A stretch of DNA of 48,687 nucleotides from Candidatus Dormiibacterota bacterium (lineage in GTDB: Bacteria > Chloroflexota > Dormibacteria > Aeolococcales > Aeolococcaceae), in assembly GCA_036521675.1 (NCBI GenBank), contig DATDHG010000047.1, forward strand, positions 1 through 48,687, in the 5' to 3' direction. Below, piece by piece: positions 17,603 through 26,287 of this stretch; positions within the stretch are counted from its first letter, which is position 1, and each line of letters opens with the position of its first letter. Under the pieces are notes generated by a model that was not told where the DNA came from, ran no database searches, and saw nothing but the letters and a program-made list of their open reading frames with translations. The translations under genes were made by a program, and so were the position numbers.

Positions 17603-18940
17603 TCAGGATTGCACCACCCGGCTGCGCAGCTCGCCGTCGGCGAGGCGGGTGGTGAGCAGGTCGCCCGCAGCGGCGCCGGCGGCGCGGCGGAGCACGGCCC
17701 CGCCCGCGTCCATGGTGATGGAGAATCCGCGCTCGAGCACCCGCTGCGGCGAGAGCGCCTCGAGCCGGGCCGCGGCGGTGTCGAGGCGGGCGCGGCGCGC
17801 GGCGAGCACCCGCGCGGCAGCTGCGCCGAGGTCGCCGCGCCGGCGGCGCAAGGCCTCGCGCTCGCCGGGGAGGCGCCGCTGCGGGGACGCCAGGCGCAGC
17901 GCGGCGGTGGCGGCGTCGAGACGGCGCCGCTTCTGGCCCACCTCGGCGAGCGCGGCGGCTCGCAGCGCGGCCATCCGGCCGTCGAGCCGCTGGCGGAGCG
18001 CGGGCAGCCGCCGCGACGGCGACACCGCGGCCAGGCGGTCCTCGAGGCCCGCCAGGGCGCGACGCTGCGCGGCCAGCTCCGCCCGCAGGCCGCTGCGCAA
18101 CCGCTGGTCACGCGCCAGCAGCTCCTCCCGCAGCGCCCCGAGATCCGGGACGGCGATCTCGGCCGCGTTTGACGGCGTGGCCCCGCGCCGGTCGGCCGCC
18201 AGGTCGGCGATTGTCGTGTCCGTCTCGTGCCCGATGCCGGTCACCACCGGCACCCGCACCGTGCGGATCGCCCGCGCGACGTCCTCCGACTGGAAGGCGG
18301 CCAGGTCCTCGAAGGACCCACCGCCCCGCACGAGCAGGATGACCTCCACCCCGGGCAGCCGCTCCGCCGCGCGGAGGGCGCGCACGATCGAGGCCTCGGC
18401 GCCCTCGCCCTGCACGGGGGTAGGCACCACAACCACCCCCACCGCGCGAGCGCGCCGGCGCGCCACAGTGACCACGTCACGCACCGCCGCGCCCGTCGAC
18501 GACGTCACCACCGCAACCCGTCGCGGGAGCAAGGGAAGCGCCCGCTTGGCGGCGACGTCGAAGACGCCCTCGGCGGCCAGGCGCCGCTTGCGCTGCTCCA
18601 CCGCCAGCGCGATGGCGCCGATGCCGGCCGGCTCCAGGCCGTCCACGTAGAGCTGGTAGCTGCCCTCGGCATCGTACACCTCGACGTGGCCACGCGCGAT
18701 CACCGTCATCCCGGCCTCGGGGTGAAACGGGATGCGCACCGCGTTGCTCCGAAAGCAGACGCAGCGCAGCTGGGCGAGGGCGTCCTTGAGCGTGAAGTAG
18801 AGGTGTCCGCTGCCGGGATTGCGCAGATTGCTGAGCTCTCCCTCGACGAGCACGTCCTCCAGTGCGGGGGCCGCGGCCAGAGCGCCGCGCACCACGCCGG
18901 TGAGCTCGGACACGGTGAACGGGACCCGGGCTGCCGTCAT
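17603..18940 (-). CDS. xseA: exodeoxyribonuclease VII large subunit
   Basis: This is the C-terminal 446 codons of ORF 17603..19393. It has the OB-fold N-terminus FTVSELTG...LYFTLKD, plus VVTSSTGAAVRDV, RGGGSFEDL and TGIGHETD. The ATG at 18940 overlaps the nusB stop (ATGA). Confidence 0.9.
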   Translation of the reverse strand: MTAARVPFTVSELTGVVRGALAAAPALEDVLVEGELSNLRNPGSGHLYFTLKDALAQLRCVCFRSNAVRIPFHPEAGMTVIARGHVEVYDAEGSYQLYVDGLEPAGIGAIALAVEQRKRRLAAEGVFDVAAKRALPLLPRRVAVVTSSTGAAVRDVVTVARRRARAVGVVVVPTPVQGEGAEASIVRALRAAERLPGVEVILLVRGGGSFEDLAAFQSEDVARAIRTVRVPVVTGIGHETDTTIADLAADRRGATPSNAAEIAVPDLGALREELLARDQRLRSGLRAELAAQRRALAGLEDRLAAVSPSRRLPALRQRLDGRMAALRAAALAEVGQKRRRLDAATAALRLASPQRRLPGEREALRRRRGDLGAAAARVLAARRARLDTAAARLEALSPQRVLERGFSITMDAGGAVLRRAAGAAAGDLLTTRLADGELRSRVVQS

Positions 18941-19398
18941 CGGTGGCCGTTGCGGACCGCGCTGGCGGCCCCGGTGGCGATGTGCCCGAGCACTCCGTTG
19001 ACGAAGGGAGCGGCCTCGCTGCCGGCGTAGGTGCGGACCAGCTCGATGGCCTCGTCGATGGCCACGCCCACGGGGATGTCGGGCACATACAGCAGCTCGT
19101 ACGCACCGAGCCGCAGCACCGCGCGCTCCACCTTGCCGATCTCCTCGAGACGCCAGTTGTCGCTGGCGCCGCCGATGGCGGAATCGACCGCGGCGCCGGC
19201 GGCCAGTGTGCCCGTCACCAGCGCGCGGGCGTGGTCGACGACGTCGCGGGTCGCTCCCAGGTCCTCCGCCTGGTAGAGAAGCGCCTCCTCGGCATCGCGC
19301 TGCGTGCCCTCGAGCTCGAAGAGGACGCGCAGCGCCAGCTCGCGCCCCCGATGGCGACGGCCGGCGCCGCCCTCCCGCCGGCGGGGGCCGCACGTCAA
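18937..19398 (-). CDS. nusB: transcription antitermination factor NusB
   Basis: This is the C-terminal 154 codons of ORF 18937..19908. Motifs are RELALRVLFELEG, AVLRLGAYELLY and EAIELVRTYAGSEAAPFVNGVLG. The start TTG 19398 overlaps the asp23 stop (TTGA). Confidence 0.86.
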   Translation of the reverse strand: MTCGPRRREGGAGRRHRGRELALRVLFELEGTQRDAEEALLYQAEDLGATRDVVDHARALVTGTLAAGAAVDSAIGGASDNWRLEEIGKVERAVLRLGAYELLYVPDIPVGVAIDEAIELVRTYAGSEAAPFVNGVLGHIATGAASAVRNGHR

Positions 19399-19790
19399 CT
19401 GAAGGCGACCTCGCTGACGAAGACGTTGACCTCGTGCAGCCCCAGGCCCAGCATGCGATCGATGGCGTCGGCCACCTTGCGCTGCACCTCGGCCCCCATC
19501 CGCGGCAGGTCGGTCCCGGCCTCCATGACCACGTAGAGGTCGAGCCCCAGGCTGTCGTCGTCCCTCAGCTCCACCCGGACGCCGCGATGGGCGCCGGAGC
19601 GGCGCAGGATGCGGTCCAGCTGGCCCTGGTTGCCGCTGGCGTGGTACATGGCGTGCACCCCGCCGACCTCCAGCGCGGTCAGCGCAGCGATCTGCGCGAC
19701 CACCTCGTTGGCCACACGGGTGGCGCCCAGCCGCTGGCGGCCGTCGTCGCCGGGGATGTCGAGCTGGTCGGGGATGGCGGTGTCGGTCAT
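19395..19790 (-). CDS. Asp23/Gls24-family envelope stress protein
   Basis: ORF 19395..19790. Motifs are VANEVVAQIAALTALEVGGVHAM, VRVEL...LGLDLYVVMEAG and VNVFVSEVAF. Confidence 0.82.
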   Translation of the reverse strand: MTDTAIPDQLDIPGDDGRQRLGATRVANEVVAQIAALTALEVGGVHAMYHASGNQGQLDRILRRSGAHRGVRVELRDDDSLGLDLYVVMEAGTDLPRMGAEVQRKVADAIDRMLGLGLHEVNVFVSEVAFS

Positions 19791-20347
19791 CGCACGCGCT
19801 CCATGTAACGGCCCGTCCGGGTGTCCACGCGGATGATCTCCCCGGTCTCGACGAAAAGGGGGACGTCGACGCTGGCGCCGGTCTCGACGGTGGCCGGCTT
19901 CGTGCCACCTGTGGCGGTATCTCCCGCGAATCCGGGTTCCGTGTAGGTCACCTCGAGCTCGACCGCGATGGGCAGCTCGACACCGATCACGCGGCCGTCA
20001 TACATCATCAGGTAAAGCACCTCGCCGTCCTTCAGCCAGCGCAGCACCTCCCCCATCACCGCCTCGCCGACGGTGTGCTGCTCGTAGGTGGAACTGTCCA
20101 TGACCACGTAATGGTCGCCGTCGGCGTAGAGGTACTGGCCCTCGCGGCGTTCGATGCGAGCGCGCTGGAACCTCTCCTCAGGGCGGAAGGTCTCCTCGGT
20201 GACCGCGCCGCTGTTCAGGTTGCGGAACTTGGTGCGCACGATCGCGGTGCCCCGCCCCATCTTGATGTGGTCGAAGCTCAGCACCTGAAGCAGCTCGCCG
20301 TCGCGCTCGACGGTGGTGCCCGCGCGCAGGTCGCCGGCGTCGATCAT
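19787..20347 (-). CDS. efp: elongation factor P
   Basis: ORF 19787..20347. Motifs are DLRAGTTVERDGELLQVLSFDHIKMGRGTAIVRTKFRNL and TATGGTKPATVETGA. Confidence 0.95.
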   Translation of the reverse strand: MIDAGDLRAGTTVERDGELLQVLSFDHIKMGRGTAIVRTKFRNLNSGAVTEETFRPEERFQRARIERREGQYLYADGDHYVVMDSSTYEQHTVGEAVMGEVLRWLKDGEVLYLMMYDGRVIGVELPIAVELEVTYTEPGFAGDTATGGTKPATVETGASVDVPLFVETGEIIRVDTRTGRYMERVR

Positions 20348-20802
20348 GCGCTGGGCTCCTCCTGCTCGGCGGCGATGAGCCGCGTCACCGCCTCGAGCGC
20401 GAGAGCGTAGCCGTACACCCCCAGCCCGGTGACCACCCCCCGCGCCCCGGCGCCCGTGCGCGAGCGCGCTCGGAAGGGCTCGCGCGCATGGATGTTGCTG
20501 ATGTGGACCTCGACCACCGGCCCCGGAAAGGCGCGCATGGCGTCGAGCAGCGCGATGCTGGTGTGACTGAGGGCGCCCGGGTTGACGACCACCCCCTGGG
20601 CACGGCCCGCCTCCTCCTCGAGCAGGTCGAGCAGCCGGCCCTCGTGGTTGCTCTGTTCACAGCGCAGCTCGACGCCGAGCTCGTTGGCGCGGGCGAGCAG
20701 GGTTCGTTCCACGTCGGCCAGGGAGGCGGTCCCATAGATGTCCGGCTCCCGCCTGCCCAGGCTGCCGAGGTTGGGGCCGTTGAGCACCAGGACACGCGTC
20801 AT
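20344..20802 (-). CDS. aroQ: type II 3-dehydroquinate dehydratase
   Basis: ORF 20344..20802. Motifs are VLNGPNLGSLGRREPDIYG, QSNHEG and NPGALSHTS. Confidence 0.93.
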   Translation of the reverse strand: MTRVLVLNGPNLGSLGRREPDIYGTASLADVERTLLARANELGVELRCEQSNHEGRLLDLLEEEAGRAQGVVVNPGALSHTSIALLDAMRAFPGPVVEVHISNIHAREPFRARSRTGAGARGVVTGLGVYGYALALEAVTRLIAAEQEEPSA

Positions 20803-22481
20803 GGCCCCAGGACCTCGCCGACGACGCTGCGCACGACCTCGTCGGCCAGCACGTGCCCCGGGGTGGCGGCGCCGCGGCGCTCCAGCAGCACCCAGCGGAC
20901 GGCGCCCTCCCTTGCCTTCTTGTCACCATGGGTGCGCTCGAGCACAGCCTCCGGGTCGATGCCCGCGACCTCCCCCAACCCGCAGCGACGCAGGCGCCCG
21001 TCCTGCCACTGGATGTCGGAGTTCGGGCAGCCTCTGGCCACAACGCTCAGCCTCCCGGCCACCCGCATGCCCACCGCGACGGCCTCGCCGTGGAGCAGGC
21101 GCTCGAAGCCGGCGACCGCCTCCAGGGCGTGCCCGACAGTGTGCCCGTAGTTGAGGATGGCGCGCCGCCCCGCGTCGCGCTCGTCCTCCCCCACCACCGC
21201 GGCCTTGAGGTTGCAGCAGCTCTGCACCACCGCCGCGAGCGCGGCCGGATCGCGGGCCATCAGTGCATCGAGCCGGTCCTCCAGAAGGGCCCGCAGCGCG
21301 TCGTCGTCGAGGACCATGGCGTACTTGACGATCTCCGCGAAGGCCGCCCGATGGGCTCGCTCCCCGAGGGTGCGGAGCACGTCGAGGTCGCACACCACCG
21401 CGCGCGGCTGCCAGAAGGCGCCGGCGAGGTTCTTGCCACGGGGCAGGTTGACCCCGGTCTTGCCGCCGACGGCGCTGTCCACCATCGCCATCAGGGTGGT
21501 GGGCACGTGCACCACGGCGATGCCGCGCAGGTAGGTGGCCGCGGCGAACCCGGCGACGTCGCCCACGGTGCCGCCGCCGACCGCGACCACGCAGTCGCCC
21601 CGCTCCAGGCGCAGGCGGGCCAGCTCGGTGACCAGCCGGCCGGCGCGGGCCCAGGTCTTGAGCCGTTCGCCGCCGCGCAAAGCCACGATGCGGCCGTAGC
21701 GACCCGTGCCGCGCACGCCGGCCAGGACCCGGCGCCCCGTGCCCAGCACGGCGCGGTCGGTGACCACCGCGACGCGCCGGCTCTCCGGGGGCAGCAGCCC
21801 GGCGAGGTCGGCGATGCATCCGGCCCCGATCAGCACGGGGTAGGACCGCTCCCCGAGCTCGACTCGCACGCCTTCCCCCGCGCCGGGGTCGGGTGGCGCC
21901 GCGGGGTCGCCGTCGGGCGGCAGGCGCACTCCTGCCACGGCGTCCTCGACCCGGTCGGCGATGTCCTCCACGTCGCCCCCGCCCACATCGACGCGCAGCT
22001 GGGCGACCTTGGCGTAGAGCGGCTGCCGGGCGGCGCGCAAGGCGGCGAGGCGGGACGGTGGGTCATCGGCGAGCAGCGGACGGTCACCGGCTGCGCCCAG
22101 GCGGGCGAGCAGCTCGCCGTCGCTGCCGTCCAGCCACACCACCGTGCACGCCGCGGCGAGGCGACGGCGCGCCGCTGCGGTACCGACGATGCCGCCGCCA
22201 CAGGCGACCACCACGGGGCCCTCCGCGGCCAGCGCTTCCTCGAGCGCCTCCACCTCGCGGCGGCGGAAGCCCGCCTCACCCTCGGTCGCGAACACCGCGC
22301 TCAGCGACTGCCCGCTGCGCGCCGCGACGGTCGCGTCGAGGTCTGCGAGCCGCCACCCCCGGCGCTGCGCCAGGGTCCGGGCCACGCTCGACTTGCCGCT
22401 CCCGGGCAGGCCGACCAGGGCGATGCGTTGCGCCGCGCGAGTGTCCACCGGCGTGGTCGTCATCACCTGCGCCAGGCTCAC
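20799..22481 (-). CDS. bifunctional shikimate kinase / 3-dehydroquinate synthase (AroK-AroB fusion)
   Basis: ORF 20799..22481. The N-terminal part is AroK, with P-loop LVGLPGSGKSSVAR and LDATV. The C-terminal part is AroB, with GGGTVGDVAGFAAATYLRGIAVVHVPTTLMAMVDSAVGGKTGVNL and NYGHTVGHALE. Confidence 0.9.
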   Translation of the reverse strand: MSLAQVMTTTPVDTRAAQRIALVGLPGSGKSSVARTLAQRRGWRLADLDATVAARSGQSLSAVFATEGEAGFRRREVEALEEALAAEGPVVVACGGGIVGTAAARRRLAAACTVVWLDGSDGELLARLGAAGDRPLLADDPPSRLAALRAARQPLYAKVAQLRVDVGGGDVEDIADRVEDAVAGVRLPPDGDPAAPPDPGAGEGVRVELGERSYPVLIGAGCIADLAGLLPPESRRVAVVTDRAVLGTGRRVLAGVRGTGRYGRIVALRGGERLKTWARAGRLVTELARLRLERGDCVVAVGGGTVGDVAGFAAATYLRGIAVVHVPTTLMAMVDSAVGGKTGVNLPRGKNLAGAFWQPRAVVCDLDVLRTLGERAHRAAFAEIVKYAMVLDDDALRALLEDRLDALMARDPAALAAVVQSCCNLKAAVVGEDERDAGRRAILNYGHTVGHALEAVAGFERLLHGEAVAVGMRVAGRLSVVARGCPNSDIQWQDGRLRRCGLGEVAGIDPEAVLERTHGDKKAREGAVRWVLLERRGAATPGHVLADEVVRSVVGEVLGP

Positions 22482-23107
22482 CCGGTCAACCCGCCGGACG
22501 GGGGGTTGTAGCCCGGCGGCGGCGGGGTGTACCCCGGGCCCGCGCCGGGCGGGGCGTAGCCGGCGGGAGGGGCCCCCGGAGGCCCGGCGACCGGCGCCCA
22601 GGCGACCGTCGCCTGGCCGGTCCGCATCCCCTGAGCCTGGAGCTGGAGGGCGTCGCTGAACCCGACCGGGTCGAGGATGTGGCGCAGCATGTCGGCTCCG
22701 TCCCGCCCCGCGGACTCGATCTCGACGGTGCCCGCCTGGAACACACGGGCCAGCAGCCCCTGGGTGACGCGAACGTCCTGGACGCGGTCCAGCGCGATGG
22801 ACTTGGTGAAACGAGAGAGCACCCCGCGACTCACCACCACCCGACGGTCGGTGAGCGTGAAGGTGGTGTAGCGCCAGCGCAGGTAGCGCAGCGTGAGCAC
22901 GGCGGCCACGAAGAGCACCGCGACGAGCGCGATCACCTCCTTGGGGAGATTCAGGCTGTGGCCGCCGACGTCGCCCGGCGACACCGCGACGATCGACCCC
23001 GCCACCCCCAGGACGAGCAGAGAAACGGCCAGGGGCGGCAGGAACACGTACCAGTGCTGCCGCGCGGTGCGGATCGCCGTCTCACCCGCCAGCAGGGCCC
23101 TCGCCAT
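22478..23107 (-). CDS. bacterial PH-domain (bPH_2/YdbS-like) membrane protein with Pro/Gly/Tyr-rich tail
   Basis: This is part of ORF 22478..23194. The ATG at 23107 is preceded by GGGAGGACGAG. Two predicted TM helices are followed by YTTFTLTDRRVVVSRGVLSRFTKSIALDRVQDVRVTQGLLARVFQAGTVEIESAG. The C-terminus is PPGAPPAGYAPPGAGPGYTPPPPGYNPP. Confidence 0.7.
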   Translation of the reverse strand: MARALLAGETAIRTARQHWYVFLPPLAVSLLVLGVAGSIVAVSPGDVGGHSLNLPKEVIALVAVLFVAAVLTLRYLRWRYTTFTLTDRRVVVSRGVLSRFTKSIALDRVQDVRVTQGLLARVFQAGTVEIESAGRDGADMLRHILDPVGFSDALQLQAQGMRTGQATVAWAPVAGPPGAPPAGYAPPGAGPGYTPPPPGYNPPSGGLTG

Positions 23108-23145
23108 CTCGTCCTCCCACGGCCGGCCGAGAGGCTGACACCCGC

Positions 23146-23910
23146 CTAGGGACCGGCCGGACCGTGATACATGATGAGCGCCGCGCCGGCGCACAGGAAC
23201 GGCCCATAGGGTATCGGGTCACGAAGGCCCCGAACTCGGGTGGCCAGCAGGATTAGGGCCACCACCCCCGCGCTCAGCGCCGCGGCGATGAGGGCGTAGA
23301 CCGCCCCCAGATGGTCGAGGTCGGTGCCGATCCCCGTGACGGCGCCCACGATCGCGCCCAGCTTGGCGTCTCCCATGCCCAGCACGCTGCCCCCGAGGAG
23401 CAGGCTCTGCAGCATGAAGAAGAGGTAGACGAGCCCGGCCCCGACGACGGCGTTGCGCAGCGTCAACCCCGGCGTCAAGGGGGCCAGCCCGATGGCCACC
23501 GGGATGGCCACGTAGGTGACGCGGTTGAGGATGAGCCGGTGCTTGAGATCGAAGATCGTGATATGCAGAAACACGCTCACCCACAGGAGGTGGATGCCGA
23601 GCTCCAGGGAGATGCCGTCGTGGGCCGCAAAGGCGGCGAAGCCGAGCGCGCCCAGCGCCGGCGCGACGACCCGCTCCAGCCACGTGAAGCCATAGCGCTC
23701 GCCCCGCCACTCGACACCGGGCGGGACGGGGCCGCCCTCCTCCGTGGTGCGGGCGGCCTGGCGGCGCTGGTCCTCGAGGAACTCGTCGCGCTCGGCGATC
23801 TCCTCGGCCTCGAGCCGCTCCACGCGCTCGAAGTAGACCCCGAGGGCTCCGCAGCCGTAGCCCACCGCCGCCCCCGCAAGCGCGGCGGCCCCGGTGAGAA
23901 GGGCGCTCAC
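23146..23910 (-). CDS. A24-family prepilin peptidase-like aspartic protease
   Basis: ORF 23146..23910. The protein is polytopic. The two catalytic Asp contexts are TIFDLKHRLILN and VLGMGDAKLGAIVG. No CxxC zinc/methyltransferase N-domain is visible. The stop codon is TAG. Confidence 0.8.
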   Translation of the reverse strand: MSALLTGAAALAGAAVGYGCGALGVYFERVERLEAEEIAERDEFLEDQRRQAARTTEEGGPVPPGVEWRGERYGFTWLERVVAPALGALGFAAFAAHDGISLELGIHLLWVSVFLHITIFDLKHRLILNRVTYVAIPVAIGLAPLTPGLTLRNAVVGAGLVYLFFMLQSLLLGGSVLGMGDAKLGAIVGAVTGIGTDLDHLGAVYALIAAALSAGVVALILLATRVRGLRDPIPYGPFLCAGAALIMYHGPAGP

Positions 23911-24752
23911 CCCGGGTCGCCGAGAGCCGCGAGCAAGGCCCGGCGGGCGGCTTCGAGCGGGGGCCGGCGCTGCGTCCAGCGCTCGAAGGCGAGCATGCCC
24001 TGATGCAGGAGCATGCTCGTCCCATCGACGGCCTGGCGCCCCGAGGCGCGGGTGGCGGCCACGAGGTCCACGGGGCGGGGACGATAGCGCAGGTCGACGA
24101 CGACGGCCGCCGCCCCCAGCCGATCGGGATCGACGGGGAGCGCCGGCAGACCCGCGGGGGTGGCATTGAGGACCAGCGCCGCCGCGCCGAGCCGGCCGGC
24201 AATCCCGGGGTCGTCGAGGGCCAGCGCACCCACCCGCGCATCGAACCGTGCCGCCAGCGCCGCCGCCCGATCGGAGCGCCGCGCCGCGATCGTCACCGAC
24301 GCCGAGCCAACGCGGAGCAGTCCCAACACGGCCGCCGCGGCCGCTCCCCCGGCGCCGAGGACCACCGCGGGCCCGGCGAGCGGGGCGATCCCCTCCTCGG
24401 CCAGGGCAAGCTCGAGCCCGCGCGCGTCGGTGTTGACGCCGACCAGGTCACCGCCCTCGACGATCAGGGTGTTAACCGCGCCAAGACGCCGAGCGTCACC
24501 CTCGAGGCGGTCGCACGCAGAGGCGGCGGCGTGCTTGTGCGGGGTGGTGACGTTGGCGCCCTGGGCCTCCCCGCGGCGGAGCGCCGCCAGGGCGGCTGCG
24601 AGCCCGTCGCGCGTGCACTCCCGGAGCTCGTAGCCTCCCTCGATACCGGCCGCCGCCAGGGCAGCGTCCTGCATCGCCGGGCTGGGCGAGCCGGCGATGC
24701 CCTCACCCAGCAGCCACAGCCGCAGGCTCACGTCCGTCGCGGCTCCATCCAA
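23907..24752 (-). CDS. aroE: shikimate dehydrogenase
   Basis: ORF 23907..24752 (TTG start in the track). Motifs are GSPSPAMQDAA, NVTTPHK, NTD and VLGAGGAAAA. Confidence 0.87.
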   Translation of the reverse strand: MDGAATDVSLRLWLLGEGIAGSPSPAMQDAALAAAGIEGGYELRECTRDGLAAALAALRRGEAQGANVTTPHKHAAASACDRLEGDARRLGAVNTLIVEGGDLVGVNTDARGLELALAEEGIAPLAGPAVVLGAGGAAAAAVLGLLRVGSASVTIAARRSDRAAALAARFDARVGALALDDPGIAGRLGAAALVLNATPAGLPALPVDPDRLGAAAVVVDLRYRPRPVDLVAATRASGRQAVDGTSMLLHQGMLAFERWTQRRPPLEAARRALLAALGDPG

Positions 24753-24758
24753 CCCGCG

Positions 24759-25856
24759 CTAAGCCGCGCAGGGCGCCCCCACGTAGGTCCTGACGTTCTG
24801 CGCATGCTCGGCCGCGGTCACGGCGTAGTGATTGTGGCCACATCCGTCTGAAACGTAGTAGAGGTAGGCGCTCGGGGTGGGCTGGGCGGCGGCGGTGATC
24901 GCCGCCACGCCGGGGTTGGAGATCGGCGTGGGGGGGAGCCCGGGGTGGAGGTAGGTGTTGTAGGGCGTGTCCTGCTTGAACTCGGCGGCGCTGGGCTCGC
25001 CCGAGCTGTGGCCGAGGCCGTAGGTCACGGTGGCGTCGACCTCCAGGAGCATCCCTGCCGCCAGGCGGTTGTCGATGACCGAGGCCACCAGCCCGCGGTC
25101 CTCGGGGAAACGCGCTTCGCGCTCGACGATCGAGGCGACGGTCACCACCTGGTAGTCGGTCTGCGAGGCGGGCATCTGGGCGAGCAGCGGAGCTGCCTTG
25201 GCGGCGAAGTCGTCCAGCTGCATCTGCACGATGTCGTGCGCGGTCGCGCCGACAGTGACCGAGTAGGTGTCCGGGAAAAGGAAGCCCTCGAGCCCGGCTC
25301 CGGGCGGCCGGTGCGCCAGGAAGGGGGCGGTGAACCGTCCCTTGGTGACCTCGTCCATGTACTGCTGGGCGGTCACCCCCAGCCCCGCCTTGCCGACCAC
25401 GTCCGCCATCTGCCTGGCGGTGAGACCCTCGGGGAAGGTGAGCTGGGCCATACGCGCCTCGGGAGTGGCCTGCAGGAACCCGACGATCCTCGACGCCGAC
25501 ATGCCGCTGTCGAGCGTGTAGCTGCCCGGTTGGACGTCGTTGAGGCCGCGATAGCGCTCATAGAGCGAGAACCAGAACTTCGAACGGATCAACCCGTCGG
25601 CGGCGAGCTGGTCGTTGACGTCGCCGACCGATTCCCCCGGCCTGACGATCAGTGTGACGGAGTGGCTGTTGTCGGGGGCAGGCGCATCGAGCTGATGCCG
25701 CCCATAGACGAACAGTCCAGCGCCCGCCGCCACCATGAGCGCCGCGACAAGCACGAACGCCAGCCCCAGGCTGCAACCGCGCCGGCTGCGCGGCCGCGGC
25801 TCGGCGGCCGGTCTCTCCAGCTCGGCGACGGGGCCACCCCTGGGCTCCCAGCTCAT
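24759..25856 (-). CDS. mltG: endolytic murein transglycosylase MltG (YceG family)
   Basis: This is the C-terminal 366 codons of ORF 24759..26309. It has an N-terminal TM helix (LGLAFVLVAALMVAAGAGLFV), followed by TFPEGLTARQ, ASIVEREA and TPYNTYLHPGLPPTPISNPG. The ATG at 25856 overlaps the ruvX stop (ATGA). Confidence 0.9.
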   Translation of the reverse strand: MSWEPRGGPVAELERPAAEPRPRSRRGCSLGLAFVLVAALMVAAGAGLFVYGRHQLDAPAPDNSHSVTLIVRPGESVGDVNDQLAADGLIRSKFWFSLYERYRGLNDVQPGSYTLDSGMSASRIVGFLQATPEARMAQLTFPEGLTARQMADVVGKAGLGVTAQQYMDEVTKGRFTAPFLAHRPPGAGLEGFLFPDTYSVTVGATAHDIVQMQLDDFAAKAAPLLAQMPASQTDYQVVTVASIVEREARFPEDRGLVASVIDNRLAAGMLLEVDATVTYGLGHSSGEPSAAEFKQDTPYNTYLHPGLPPTPISNPGVAAITAAAQPTPSAYLYYVSDGCGHNHYAVTAAEHAQNVRTYVGAPCAA

Positions 25857-26287
25857 CGCTGCGCCCCGCCGCGCCGGGCGTCCAGCCACGCCTGCAGCAC
25901 CACCGCTGCGGCCACGGCGTCGATACGCTCCCGGCGCCGGCGGCGGCGCACGCCCGCAGCCAGCAGGGCGCGCTCCGCCTCGACGCTGCTGAGCCGCTCG
26001 TCCCAGAGCTCGACCGGCAGACCGGTCTGCTCCCTGGCCTCCTCGGCCAGAGCGCGGGCCGCCGCCGCCGCCGTCCCCTCGACGCCGTCCATCCGCAGCG
26101 GCAGGCCCACGACGATCCCCACCGCGCCGCGCTGTCGCGCCTCGTCGCGCAGCCGCTCCCAGAGGCGCCCCCCATGGCGCCGCTCGAGGACGGCGACCGG
26201 GCTGGCGAGCGTGCCCGTGGGATCCGAGGCCGCCAGGCCCACGCGCACGGTCCCAGCGTCGAGCCCGAGCACCACTCCGCTCAGCAC
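25853..26287 (-). CDS. ruvX: Holliday junction resolvase-like RuvX (YqgF)
   Basis: ORF 25853..26287. Motifs are VLGLDAGTVRVGLAASD, IVVGLPLRMDG and DERLSSVEAE. The GTG start overlaps the upstream stop by 7 nt (GTGCTGA). Confidence 0.9.
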   Translation of the reverse strand: MLSGVVLGLDAGTVRVGLAASDPTGTLASPVAVLERRHGGRLWERLRDEARQRGAVGIVVGLPLRMDGVEGTAAAAARALAEEAREQTGLPVELWDERLSSVEAERALLAAGVRRRRRRERIDAVAAAVVLQAWLDARRGGAQR

